This document shows, one piece after another, positions 50,166-60,194 of a DNA stretch of 64,000 nt. The first letter of the stretch is position 1; every line of letters begins with the position of its first letter. The DNA comes from an uncultured bacterium (GTDB lineage Bacteria > Patescibacteriota > Saccharimonadia > UBA4664 > SCTI01). The position numbers were made by a program, and so were the translations under genes. The notes below the pieces were generated by a model. The model ran no database searches and was not told where the DNA came from. It saw only the letters and a list, made by a program, of their open reading frames with translations. The stretch is from contig CAVRJJ010000005.1 of NCBI GenBank assembly GCA_963721685.1, positions 396,980 to 460,979 on the forward strand. The letters are read 5' to 3'.

Positions 50166-51428
50166 ATGTTTACCGATAAACTCGAAATTGAAGTAATGGC
50201 CGGAAAAGGCGGCGATGGCCGCCTTAGCTTTCGCCATGAGAAATATCGGGCTAAAGGCGGTCCCGACGGCGGTGACGGAGGCAATGGTGGCAGTGTTATT
50301 TTTGTTGTCGACCACAACCTTCACACCTTATCCGCTTTTCGAAAGTTACGGCGTATAAAAGCTGAGGATGGTATGGCTGGCGGGGGGGACCGCAAACATG
50401 GGCGTGCCGGGGAGGATACCATTATTAAAGTTCCTGCCGGTACCCAAATAGTACAAGAGGGGAGTATAATCGCCGACCTCACCCAGGAAGAACAGCGGTT
50501 AGTGGTAGCCAAAGGTGGCCGGGGCGGTTTTGGTAATGCCCACTTCACGTCCTCTACGCGCCAAGCACCGCGGACCACCGAGCTTGGTGAAGCCGGCCAG
50601 CGCAAGAGTCTGCTTTTAGAACTTAAGCTGGTTGCCGATGTGGGACTTATTGGTTTGCCCAACGCGGGTAAGTCAACCTTACTCGCAACCATCTCCAACG
50701 CTAAGCCCGAAATTGGAGATTATCCTTTCACGACCTTGATTCCAAACCTAGGGGTGGTTGATTTTGAGCAGTTTACCTTTTTGGTTGCAGATATACCCGG
50801 TTTGATTGAAGGGGCCAGTAAGGGCAAAGGCTTAGGTGATAAATTTTTACGGCACATAGAACGCACGGCTGTGCTCGTTCACCTTATCGACGCCTACTCT
50901 CAAGACATTGTAGCCGACTATACCACTATCCAGCATGAGCTATCATCATATCGCATAGATCTTACGAGTAAGCCTCAAATCATCGCGTTTACCAAAACCG
51001 AAGGGATGTCCGAGGTTGATTTAGCTGCCAAAAAACAAATACTCAAAAAGGTCACCAAAAATACCGTAATGGCTATTTCCGCGAATGCCGGCCAAGGCAT
51101 CACAAAACTTCTGGCCGCGATTGTACCGTTAGTAGAACGGGCTCGGACTAGGCGTGAGGCGGAGGAGTCCGAAGAGGCGATACCGGTGATTGATGAAGCC
51201 AGCCAGCCAAACCTGTGGCACGTTGAATATAAGGATGGCGTCTACCATATATCCGGACAAAAGCTCGAAGGATTTAGCCGGCGGACCGACTGGGAAAATG
51301 ACGCATCGGTTGAACGCCTACGCGACATCTTGCGCAAGAATGGCATTGATAGGGAACTCAGGCGCCTGGAAGCCGAACCAGGCTCTATCCTTCAAATTGC
51401 CGGCCACGCTCTTAAATGGTTGGGATAG
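50166..51428 (+). CDS. obg: GTPase Obg/CgtA
   Basis: GGPDGGDGG, GLPNAGKST, YPFTT and DIPG; C-terminal domain present. Confidence 0.97.
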   Translation: MFTDKLEIEVMAGKGGDGRLSFRHEKYRAKGGPDGGDGGNGGSVIFVVDHNLHTLSAFRKLRRIKAEDGMAGGGDRKHGRAGEDTIIKVPAGTQIVQEGSIIADLTQEEQRLVVAKGGRGGFGNAHFTSSTRQAPRTTELGEAGQRKSLLLELKLVADVGLIGLPNAGKSTLLATISNAKPEIGDYPFTTLIPNLGVVDFEQFTFLVADIPGLIEGASKGKGLGDKFLRHIERTAVLVHLIDAYSQDIVADYTTIQHELSSYRIDLTSKPQIIAFTKTEGMSEVDLAAKKQILKKVTKNTVMAISANAGQGITKLLAAIVPLVERARTRREAEESEEAIPVIDEASQPNLWHVEYKDGVYHISGQKLEGFSRRTDWENDASVERLRDILRKNGIDRELRRLEAEPGSILQIAGHALKWLG

Positions 51429-51491
51429 CGCGGTAATTTAACGTGGTTTTAATCCAGGTTTGTTATCTTCTGGAGGTAACAAGGAGCCGGC

Positions 51492-51692
51492 ATGAGTAAT
51501 ATATATCCTGAGTGGATTCAGGAACAGTTAGATAAAATCGCTTCGGATTCATTCAGGACATCCGATGAGCGTTTGGCTATAAGGTTGGCAGCGGTTGAGT
51601 CGCGGATTATTCACCACATAGGCCGCCGGTTTGATCGAGTTGAAGCACGCTTGGAGTACCTTATTGGCTGTTTCGATGCGCACGAATCCTAG
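51492..51692 (+). CDS. Small hypothetical protein
   Basis: 66-aa ORF with SD AAGGAG. Confidence 0.5.
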   Translation: MSNIYPEWIQEQLDKIASDSFRTSDERLAIRLAAVESRIIHHIGRRFDRVEARLEYLIGCFDAHES

Positions 51693-51731
51693 CGAGCCCA
51701 AGGCAAATGCCGTACAATTATCCCGGTACGA

Positions 51732-51807
51732 GGGGATATAGCTCAGCTGATAGAGCGCTGCATTCGCATTGCAGAGGTCGGGGGTTTGAATCCCCCTATC
51801 TCCACCA
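51732..51807 (+). tRNA. tRNA-Ala(CGC)
   Basis: G3:U70 pair; anticodon arm CTGCA-TTCGCAT-TGCAG; CCA end. Confidence 0.93.
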
Positions 51808-51960
51808 GTAAATGCATGGAACGGAAGTCTTGCTCATTTTCTGGCGACTAGGAAAAATGAAATGACAGGGCGTTTGGTGTGAAAATAGCGAAATTGTAAA
51901 TCTGTCTGATGAAATGAGAAATTATAAGAGTATTCTAGGTAAATATAAAGAGGAACGAGT

Positions 51961-52143
51961 ATGGATCCAGATACTGCGGACAGGTTAGCGGCAGGGATGC
52001 CGGTTCCTGCACAACAGCTGCAGGATGATGCCGCGAAGAGGGCTACAGATGCCCGCGTGGCTCAACAGCAGCAGCAAAAAGCGGAGGCGGAAGCGGCGGC
52101 CCGGGCTGCTGATGCGGCCAACGCGCAACGTTACGGCAGCTGA
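51961..52143 (+). CDS. Small Ala/Gln-rich hypothetical protein
   Basis: SD AGAGGA; followed by a terminator. Confidence 0.55.
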   Translation: MDPDTADRLAAGMPVPAQQLQDDAAKRATDARVAQQQQQKAEAEAAARAADAANAQRYGS

Positions 52144-52166
52144 CCAAATAAAAATTTGTTTATTAT

Positions 52167-52196
52167 AGAAAAGAAACGCCTAGGCGTTTCTTTTCT
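52167..52196. terminator. Bidirectional terminator
   Basis: Perfect 30-bp palindrome AGAAAAGAAACGCCTAGGCGTTTCTTTTCT between convergent genes. Confidence 0.8.
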
Positions 52197-52218
52197 TCTT
52201 TCCTTAATGGTTTAAAAG

Positions 52219-52473
52219 CTAATTGTTGTTATCAATCCTGTTGCTACCGCTCGCTTCGCCCCCTTTTTTTGCGGCGTCCTGAACATCGTTTTTGTCACGG
52301 TTTGCAAAATTACCAGGGTTGTTTTCCTTGCCCTGCTTGGAGCCAATTTCCGAGAAAAACTCGCTGTCATGAGTTTGGGCGGTCTTTTGGCCACCTTTTT
52401 GTCCAGCCTTCGCGTGTCCTTCTGAGTCTCCGTACCATCCTTGCCCTCGGTTTTGGTTGTCTTGGTCTGCCAT
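52219..52473 (-). CDS. KGG-repeat general stress protein (YciG/GsiB-like)
   Basis: AGQKGG, SEIGSKQG, GNFAN and AAKKGG. Confidence 0.88.
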   Translation of the reverse strand: MADQDNQNRGQGWYGDSEGHAKAGQKGGQKTAQTHDSEFFSEIGSKQGKENNPGNFANRDKNDVQDAAKKGGEASGSNRIDNNN

Positions 52474-52707
52474 ATTGCTACCCCCTTACTTATTTTCTAA
52501 CGAACACAGCATAAAACAGCTAAAAGTAATTGGCATTATAAAGAATTCCAGCATAACTTGGATTAAAGGAGTGAAATGCTTCACTCCTTGTATTGAAATG
52601 ACTGCGATTGCCTATAACAAGCGATTGGAGCGGCTCGACATAATAACGAAATAAGTCAGATAGTGGCGTATTGGTAAACCATTTACCGCTTATGTTAGAC
52701 TGCGAGT

Positions 52708-52869
52708 ATGGCAAAAAACTTTATTGATGAAGATGAGCGCCCTGCAAGTCTTGGGTATACCGATGGCTTTCGTTTTGGCTTTGGCTTCTTTATAGCTAAT
52801 TTGCTTGGGCTTACCGTGTTGGCAGGTCTAGGCCTGTTGGTTAATTACGCCATGACTCAGTTGCGCTAA
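52708..52869 (+). CDS. 53-aa membrane protein (not in the ORF track)
   Basis: MAKNFIDEDERPASLGYTDGFRFGFGFFIANLLG...; TAGACT 6 nt before ATG. Confidence 0.65.
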   Translation: MAKNFIDEDERPASLGYTDGFRFGFGFFIANLLGLTVLAGLGLLVNYAMTQLR

Positions 52870-52904
52870 AACACCCAGTTTGTTAAAGTTACGCTGGTAA
52901 ACAC

Positions 52905-52981
<77 letters not shown>

Positions 52982-53067
52982 ATGCAATTATATTCTTGGG
53001 AGTTTGCACAATGCACCTATTGCTTGCCTCAGTTAAGCTTTAGGCAGCTTAAATAAAGGAACGCAGT

Positions 53068-53214
53068 ATGCTTAAGACAATCCTAGTGGTGCTTGTGGTC
53101 CTATGGCTTCTAGGCTTTGTCGCCAAAATCGGCGGCGGCTTAATCCATTTACTATTAGTAATCGCGTTAATCGTATTTATTTATGACCGCCTCGCGGGCA
53201 GAAAGAAGGTTTAA
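53068..53214 (+). CDS. lmo0937-family small membrane protein (not in the ORF track)
   Basis: LVVLWLLGF...GGLIHLLLVIALIV; SD AAAGGA. Confidence 0.85.
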   Translation: MLKTILVVLVVLWLLGFVAKIGGGLIHLLLVIALIVFIYDRLAGRKKV

Positions 53215-53215
53215 C

Positions 53216-53518
53216 ATGGCAGACATCGTTCAAAACATTCCACCAGAACGTGAGAATACGGTAGTTGAGCGGGATAGGGGCAGTTCAGCTGGCTGGATCC
53301 TTGCTGTTCTGCTGATACTGGTCCTGCTTGTTCTGGCTTTCTTTTTTCTAGGTAATAATGATAACGACAAGGAAGCAACGCCGAACCAAAACAACAATAC
53401 GACTAATACTACGAGCGAACCCGACACTACTGAAACGGAAACAACACCTGCCGCTCCCGCACCTACCGCTCCGACCCCCGCGCCTGTTTCGCCCACACCC
53501 AACCCTATCACCCCATAA
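53216..53518 (+). CDS. Single-TM protein with Thr/Pro-rich tail
   Basis: MADIVQN..., TM helix, low-complexity C-terminus. Confidence 0.7.
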   Translation: MADIVQNIPPERENTVVERDRGSSAGWILAVLLILVLLVLAFFFLGNNDNDKEATPNQNNNTTNTTSEPDTTETETTPAAPAPTAPTPAPVSPTPNPITP

Positions 53519-53578
53519 GAGGTTCGTGCCTACCAAGCAATTAGCTTTTGGCTTAAACATGGGGATATAATATGAAGC

Positions 53579-54118
53579 ATGGCTTTACAAATTATCCGGC
53601 TTGGACATCCGGCACTAAGGGCTAAGTCGCTGCCGGTTACCAAAAAAGAGCTGGCCACTTCTCAATTTCAAGCGTTTCTCGACGAATTAAGTGCTATTTG
53701 CGTAACTAATAACGGGGTGGGTATCGCGGCGCCCCAGGTTGGCGTGAATAAGCGCGTGATTGTCGTACATGTTGATCCGCTCAATCCGCGTTACCTGGGT
53801 AAAAAGCCCTTTCCCTTAACAACAGTAGTCAACCCGAAAATAAGCGTCCGTTCCACGGTTAAAGCCGATGATTGGGAGGGTGACCTTTCAATTGCAATCC
53901 GCGCATTGGTGCCGCGGGCAAAAACCTGTGAAGTCCGAGGCTTGGACCGCCAGGGGAAGCCAGTAGTATTTGAGCTTTCCTATGACTTCCACGCCAGGGT
54001 ATTTCAGCATGAAATTGACCATTTAAACGGTGTACTGTTTTTAGACAGGGTGAAGCGCAAACAAACCTTGAGTGAACCGGCCGAATGGGAGAAGTATTGG
54101 AAAGGTAAGAAAATATAA
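53579..54118 (+). CDS. def: Peptide deformylase-like protein
   Basis: GVGIAAPQ and QHEIDHLNG; motif 2 reads EGDLS. Confidence 0.88.
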   Translation: MALQIIRLGHPALRAKSLPVTKKELATSQFQAFLDELSAICVTNNGVGIAAPQVGVNKRVIVVHVDPLNPRYLGKKPFPLTTVVNPKISVRSTVKADDWEGDLSIAIRALVPRAKTCEVRGLDRQGKPVVFELSYDFHARVFQHEIDHLNGVLFLDRVKRKQTLSEPAEWEKYWKGKKI

Positions 54119-54131
54119 CTACACTAGCAAC

Positions 54132-55421
54132 ATGGTAAAGCAAAGCATTTTAGTGGTAGGCGGCGGCGGCCGTGAACACGCTTTGGCCTGGAAGTTGGGT
54201 CAATCACCTCATAGCGGTAAGATTTATGTCGCCCCGGGCAACGGCGGTACCGGCGAGGTAGCTGAAAATGTGCCGATTGAAGCGAATGATATTGATGGCT
54301 TGCTAGAGTTTGCCAAAAATAAGCAAATTAACTTAACGGTGGTTGGGCCAGATGACGCTTTAGCCGATGGCATCGTCGACGCCTTTAAGGCAGCCAACTT
54401 AAGAGTGTTTGGCCCTACGCAGGGTGCGGCGAGGATTGAGTCGTCAAAGGCTTTTTCAAAGCAGGTTATGTCTAAGCGGCATATTCCTACGGCCGAATTT
54501 GTTATTATGCGTGACCAAACCGAGGCGCTAGCTTACGTTGAGGTCTCACCTTTGCCAATAGTGGTAAAGGCCAGTGGATTAGCCCTTGGGAAAGGAGTCT
54601 TTATATGCCACACCCTGGATGAAGCTCGTGAAGCGGTTCAAGCCATTATGGAAGAAAAACGGTTTGGAGAGTCGGGCAACGAAGTCGTTATTGAGCAGTA
54701 TTTGGTAGGACCAGAGGTTTCAACCCATGCCCTATCCGATGGACAGGTGGCGGTGATGTTTCCCGCCTCCCAGGACCATAAAGCGGTGTACGACGGTGAT
54801 AAGGGGCCAAATACCGGCGGTATGGGTGCGTACGCTCCCGTCCCTGGCGTGACGGATGAGGAGGTTTTATGGGTCCAAAATAATGTGGTAGTACCGGTGT
54901 TGCAGGAAATGGCAGCGGGAGGATCTCCGTTTGTTGGCTGCTTGTATCCTGGTCTGAAAATGACGCCCCACGGTCCTAAGGTGCTGGAGTTTAATGCCCG
55001 CTTCGGTGATCCGGAAACTCAAGTCTATATGCGCTTGCTTGAAAGTGACTTGGTAGAATTAATTGACGCCTGTATTGATGGCAAGGTGGCTGAGCTAAAG
55101 GTCCGCTGGAAGCCAGGATACGCGGTGAGCGTAGTGTTGGCATCGGGCGGCTATCCCGGAAGTTACCGGCGAGGCCTGCCCATTGAAGGTCTTAAAGCGG
55201 CGGCCAGCGAGGAGGATGTGGTACTATTTCATGCCGGAACCAGCTTGGAAGAGGCCGGCTGCACGACGTCCGGCGGAAGAGTGCTTAATGTTACCGCCAC
55301 CGGCAACACGTTAGCGGAAGCCCAAGCCAAGGCTTACGCGGCGGTTAAGCTGGTACACTTTGATGGGATGCATTACCGAACCGACATTGCTCAGAAAGGA
55401 ATAGATGCTGCCAATGAGTAA
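54132..55421 (+). CDS. purD: Phosphoribosylamine--glycine ligase
   Basis: GGGGREHA, GPNTGGMG, EFNARFGDPE and GGRVL. Confidence 0.96.
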   Translation: MVKQSILVVGGGGREHALAWKLGQSPHSGKIYVAPGNGGTGEVAENVPIEANDIDGLLEFAKNKQINLTVVGPDDALADGIVDAFKAANLRVFGPTQGAARIESSKAFSKQVMSKRHIPTAEFVIMRDQTEALAYVEVSPLPIVVKASGLALGKGVFICHTLDEAREAVQAIMEEKRFGESGNEVVIEQYLVGPEVSTHALSDGQVAVMFPASQDHKAVYDGDKGPNTGGMGAYAPVPGVTDEEVLWVQNNVVVPVLQEMAAGGSPFVGCLYPGLKMTPHGPKVLEFNARFGDPETQVYMRLLESDLVELIDACIDGKVAELKVRWKPGYAVSVVLASGGYPGSYRRGLPIEGLKAAASEEDVVLFHAGTSLEEAGCTTSGGRVLNVTATGNTLAEAQAKAYAAVKLVHFDGMHYRTDIAQKGIDAANE

Positions 55422-55998
55422 GATTGCATTGATCTCAGTTTATGAAAAAGAGGGTATCGTCGAGTTTGCTAAAGGTTTGGCCGACCAGGGATGGGAGTTG
55501 CTAGCTTCCGGTGGTACCGCCAAGGCGCTCACCGATGCCGGCTTAAAAGTGCGGGATGTTGCTGATTTAGTCGGCGGCAAAGCCATCCTGGGGCATAAAG
55601 TAGTTACCTTATCGCGTGAAATCCATGCTGGTTTACTTGCTGATTACAAGACTGAAAGTCAAGAAATGGAACGCTTAGGACTTTCGTATATTGATCTGGT
55701 GTGTGTTGATTTATATCCATTGGAAGAAGAGCTGAATAACCCCAGCCGGACGCTGGCCAGTATCCGTCAGAAAACCGATGTTGGCGGACCTACCATGCTG
55801 CACGCCGCAGCAAAGGGAGGGCGTTTAATTGTCTGTGACCCTGACGACCGGCAAGGAGTAGTCGATTGGTTATCCAGCGGTTCACCCAACGAAAGCAAAA
55901 AGCGTTTAGCGATGGCAATTAAGGCCGAAATGGTCGCAGCGCACCATATAGAGCTTTCGCAGCAGCTGCTGACCGAGGAACTTACTAGGCAACAATAA
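55405..55998 (+). CDS. Stand-alone IMP cyclohydrolase (PurH N-terminal, MGS-like) domain
   Basis: ALISVYEKEG, ASGGTA, DLYP and DVGGPTMLHAAAK; no AICAR transformylase domain. Confidence 0.82.
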   Translation: MLPMSKIALISVYEKEGIVEFAKGLADQGWELLASGGTAKALTDAGLKVRDVADLVGGKAILGHKVVTLSREIHAGLLADYKTESQEMERLGLSYIDLVCVDLYPLEEELNNPSRTLASIRQKTDVGGPTMLHAAAKGGRLIVCDPDDRQGVVDWLSSGSPNESKKRLAMAIKAEMVAAHHIELSQQLLTEELTRQQ

Positions 55999-56032
55999 GC
56001 GATATGACCTGTTACGGTGCTACAATAAGATC

Positions 56033-57304
56033 ATGATTCAGAAGATAAAGCAAAAGTTGTATTTCCCTGTAGCTGCTTATTTTCGCTTCTGGGCCAAGAT
56101 CCAACTTACCCGCTGGCATCCCCGAGTGGTGTTGGTCACTGGGTCTAGCGGTAAAACAACCTTACTGCATTTGCTGGAAGCGCAGCTGGGCGAACTGGCG
56201 CTCTATTCCCATCACGCCAATAGTGCCTTTGGCATACCGTTCCATATCTTGGGGTTTCCTACCCGCACCAACGCCAAGTCGGAATGGGTGAACTTAGTTT
56301 TAACGGCACCTTTCCGGGCATTCAAAAAACCGTTTAAGCAGCGAGTGTATGTGGTGGAGGCTGATTCTGACCGGCCGGGCGAAGCCGCTTTTATACGTTC
56401 GCTGGTAAGCCCTGAGGTTTGCATTTGGTTAAGTACCGATAAGAGCCACAGCCAAAACTTCGACGCCCAGGTTGACGTCGGCACCTTCTCCAACGTAAGT
56501 GAAGCAATCGCCTATGAATTTGGCAGCTATGTGGCATCAGCTTCAAAATTAGTTATCATCAATGATGCTGAAGCCTTGATTATTAGCCAAGGCGACCGTA
56601 TTAGAGCGGAAGTTAAGGCGGTGAATCCAAGTGCTATTAGTGGGTATAACATAGGGGCCGCTCATACGTCCTTCACTATTGACGGCACCACCTACCAGCT
56701 CCCCGGCCTGGCGCCTGTTGAGGTTGGTCTTTCAATCGCCGCGGTTATCCAAGCCTGTCATTATTTAAAAGCAGAAGTTGATCCAAGTTTTAAGAACTTT
56801 GTGTCCCCGCCAGGACGCAGCTCGGTGTTTAAGGGAATAAAGAATACCGTACTAATTGATAGCACCTATAACGCTATTCCCGGCGCGGTACGGGCGGTGC
56901 TGGGTTTATTCGGCAAATATCCGGGAAAGCCTAAGTGGCTGGTGATCAGCGATATGCTTGAGCAGGGCAAATCGGAAGCTGAGGAACACCAGGCAATTGC
57001 CGAATCAATCGCCCGGCTTGATCTCGACCGGATTATTGTAATGGGTCCGCGCATGTCTAAGTATACCGCCCCCAAGCTAAAGGAGCTGGTAGGCACGAGC
57101 ACGCCGGTAGAAGTTTTCTTAAAGCCCCGGCCGGTGCTGGACTATCTGGAAAGTAATATTAAGGGGGAAGAAATTATCTTATTTAAAGGATCGCGTTTTT
57201 TAGATGGGGTGGTAGAGCATTTATTGGCCGACCCGAAGGACGCCGATAAGTTATGCCGGCGGGGCCCTGTTTGGCAACGGAGGCGGGAGCAGTGGGGGCT
57301 ATGA
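56033..57304 (+). CDS. MurF-like Mur ligase
   Basis: VTGSSGKTT, PGR, IDSTYNA, DMLEQG and FKGSR. Confidence 0.85.
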   Translation: MIQKIKQKLYFPVAAYFRFWAKIQLTRWHPRVVLVTGSSGKTTLLHLLEAQLGELALYSHHANSAFGIPFHILGFPTRTNAKSEWVNLVLTAPFRAFKKPFKQRVYVVEADSDRPGEAAFIRSLVSPEVCIWLSTDKSHSQNFDAQVDVGTFSNVSEAIAYEFGSYVASASKLVIINDAEALIISQGDRIRAEVKAVNPSAISGYNIGAAHTSFTIDGTTYQLPGLAPVEVGLSIAAVIQACHYLKAEVDPSFKNFVSPPGRSSVFKGIKNTVLIDSTYNAIPGAVRAVLGLFGKYPGKPKWLVISDMLEQGKSEAEEHQAIAESIARLDLDRIIVMGPRMSKYTAPKLKELVGTSTPVEVFLKPRPVLDYLESNIKGEEIILFKGSRFLDGVVEHLLADPKDADKLCRRGPVWQRRREQWGL

Positions 57305-57990
57305 CTAAAGTTTATATTCTTCACGGCTGGGCGTACTCAACCGAAAAATGGCAGCCCTTTATTGACGCGCTTAAAAGCGGCGGTTGCGATCCGGTGATGC
57401 TAAAAGTACCAGGGCTAACAACTGAAAGTGACGCTATCTGGGACGTACCCAAATATGTTGACTGGATCAATAAGCAGACCATAAAGGAAACCCGCCCTTT
57501 TGTGCTGATGGGCCATTCTAATGGCGGCCGATTGGGAATTGCCTTCGCGGCGAAGTATCCTAAGCGGTTGCAGCACCTTATATTGCTCGACAGTGCCGGC
57601 ATTTATCACGATGAACCGCTTTTGCAGTTAAAGCGAATGTTGTTGGGAAAGGTCGCCAAGGCCGGAAAAAAATTAACTTCATCGGCGAAGTTACGGGCTG
57701 CTTTGTATAAGATTGCGCGGGCCCAGGACTACCACCAAGCTTCTCCCAATATGCGTGAAACCATGATTAACATGCATGAAGCTGATAAGCAGCTTCCCGT
57801 TGAGTCGGTGAAGACACCTACTACCATTATTTGGGGGAGGGAAGATAAAATTACTCCGCAAGCCGACGGGGAACTGCTATTAAAGCGTATCCCAACCAGC
57901 CGCCTGCACATAGTGGAAGGGGCCAGACACACACCGGTTTACACCCATCCGGAAGAGGTTGGGCGAATTGTGTTGGGGGCGCTGCGGTGA
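57301..57990 (+). CDS. Alpha/beta hydrolase
   Basis: LHGW, GHSNGG, WGREDKITP and GARH. Confidence 0.9.
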   Translation: MTKVYILHGWAYSTEKWQPFIDALKSGGCDPVMLKVPGLTTESDAIWDVPKYVDWINKQTIKETRPFVLMGHSNGGRLGIAFAAKYPKRLQHLILLDSAGIYHDEPLLQLKRMLLGKVAKAGKKLTSSAKLRAALYKIARAQDYHQASPNMRETMINMHEADKQLPVESVKTPTTIIWGREDKITPQADGELLLKRIPTSRLHIVEGARHTPVYTHPEEVGRIVLGALR

Positions 57991-59187
57991 GCATTTTTAA
58001 CTCTCTTGGGTCCAAGCTATAGGCCCTCAACCGTGTGGCGGGCACTGTTCGGATGGGGGAGCGGTAGGGCTGCGCGGGAGCTTACCGCCGTCCTCGAAGA
58101 ACGCTACAGTGGTAAAGCGACGCTGGTGTATAAGGGCCGCGAAGCTCTGCGCCTTGCCCTAGACGCTCTCAACCTGCCGAAAGGCTCAGCAATAGCAATC
58201 AGTGGCTTTACCTGCTTCGCTGTATACAAAGCGGTTGCCAGTGCCGGACACGAAGTCGTCTATATCGATATAGACCCTGAGCAGCTTAACTTTTCGGGCG
58301 CGGCCTTAGAGGCGGCAATTCAATCCAATCCCCGCATTGAAGCGGTAATTATTCAAAATACTCTTGGTTACGCCTGTGATATCGTGACAATTGCCGAGGT
58401 GTGCCGTCGCAACAATATCGTACTGATTGAGGATTTGGCTCACGGTATCGGGACATACTATGCCGATGGCAGTGAGGTTGGCACGGTAGGCGACATGATA
58501 ATGCTTTCGTTCGGACGCGATAAATTAATTGACGCGGTTTCCGGGGGCGCGCTGATTGTCCGTAACCCCAAATATCAACCACGCAAAGCCAGTAAGCTGC
58601 TAAAGCCGCCAATTGCTTCGCGCATGCGCGACCGCCTCTATCCGGCATTGACCGCTAAGATTCGGCTCGGCTACAAACTAGGCATTGGTAAGTTTGTGCA
58701 CGCTGTTTTTAAAGGGCTCGGTTTACTTTCTAAGTCAGTTGACGGCGAGTTTTATAGCGGCCACAGCTTGCCACAATGGTACTGCACGCTGACCCTTAAA
58801 AACATTACGGAACTTGAGACCAATTTAGCTCATCGGCAAGCTATCGCCCAAGTATATGCCCAAACCATTCAACGGAACGCGCAGTTCCTTGCTCTTCCGA
58901 GTCAAACCCCCCAAGCCTCCAACTTACGCTTTCCCATCCGGGTTAAGCGCCGGCAGGACTTAATAGCCTACTTAGCTAAGTCTAGCGTCTACATCGCTGA
59001 TACTTGGTATGATGTTCCCATTGCCCCACCGCGCTATTTCGGCCAAACTACCTATATGCGCGGGCAATGCCCCGGATCGGAACAAGTCGTATCACAAATA
59101 CTCAACCTGCCAACCCACCGGGGTGTTTCAGAACATGACGCGAAAAAGATAAGCGAGCACATCAATACGTGGCTAAAATCGAAGTAA
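57987..59187 (+). CDS. DegT/DnrJ/EryC1/StrS-family PLP aminotransferase; probable single-base indel near 58014
   Basis: IEDLAH, SFGRDK and LNLPTH; GTG overlapping the upstream stop gives MSIFNSLGS, one base out of frame with the body. Confidence 0.85.
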
Positions 59188-60194
59188 AACCAGTTACCAA
59201 CCAGGATGAGTGGGCAGCTTTCTTGGCCGCCCATCCTGAATCTAATTTTTTGCAATCATGGCAGTGGGGCGAGTTCCACGCTGCCCTTGGTAAGACTATT
59301 TTCCGGCAGGGATTTTATCAATCCGGAAAGTTAGCAGGGGTCATGCTTTCGGTGGTAGAGCCCGCCCGTCGCGGCCGTTACATTACCGTTCCCGGCGGTC
59401 CGATACTTGATTGGCATAATCAGTCTGTAGTCCAGGCGTTCACTCAAGAGATTCGCATCCAGGCCAAAGCCGAAAAGTGCGTGTTTGTGCGGGTTCGCCC
59501 CCAACTGCTCTCCGATGATTTTTCGATCAGCCTTTTTGCCTCTCTGGGTTTTCGGGGCGCGCCCTCACACCTCCATGCCGAGCTGACCCAGCAGCTAGAT
59601 ATTAGCTTGCCGGAAGAAGAAATCCTTACCAAGATGCGTAAAGGCACCAAGTACGAGGTAAAAAACAGCTTGAAAACGGGGGTTGAGGTGACAAGTTCAA
59701 CTGACACCGCCGACATGCAAAAGTTTTATGAGCTGCAAATTGAAACCGCCAAGCGTCAAGGCTTCGTACCGTTTTCCTATAATTTCCTGGAAAAGCAGTT
59801 TGAGGTTTTCACCCAGGACAAGCAAGCGCTGCTGTACACGGCGAAATATCATAATCGAGTGTTAGCCCAAGCCTTCATTATTTTTCAAGGACAGGAGGCG
59901 GTGTACCACTACGGTGCCAGCACCGAAGCGGGGCGGAAATATCCCGGCGCATATGCTATACAGTGGGAAGCTATTAAGGAGGCGAAGCGTAGGGGTATGA
60001 GCCGCTACAACTTTTGGGGAATTGCTCCGCCCGATCAACCAAACCACCGATTTGCTGGTATTACGACCTTTAAACGCGGCTTTGGCGGCGAGGCGGTGGA
60101 ATATCTGCATGCTAGGGATTTAGTTATCAATCAGCCACATTACTTAATAAATCTTTTAATTGAAGAAACACGAAGGAGGATACGGCGCGTTTAG
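59169..60194 (+). CDS. FemABX-family peptidoglycan bridge aminoacyltransferase
   Basis: FLQSWQWGEF, YHYGAS, YNFWGI and FKRGFGG. Confidence 0.9.
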   Translation: MAKIEVKPVTNQDEWAAFLAAHPESNFLQSWQWGEFHAALGKTIFRQGFYQSGKLAGVMLSVVEPARRGRYITVPGGPILDWHNQSVVQAFTQEIRIQAKAEKCVFVRVRPQLLSDDFSISLFASLGFRGAPSHLHAELTQQLDISLPEEEILTKMRKGTKYEVKNSLKTGVEVTSSTDTADMQKFYELQIETAKRQGFVPFSYNFLEKQFEVFTQDKQALLYTAKYHNRVLAQAFIIFQGQEAVYHYGASTEAGRKYPGAYAIQWEAIKEAKRRGMSRYNFWGIAPPDQPNHRFAGITTFKRGFGGEAVEYLHARDLVINQPHYLINLLIEETRRRIRRV

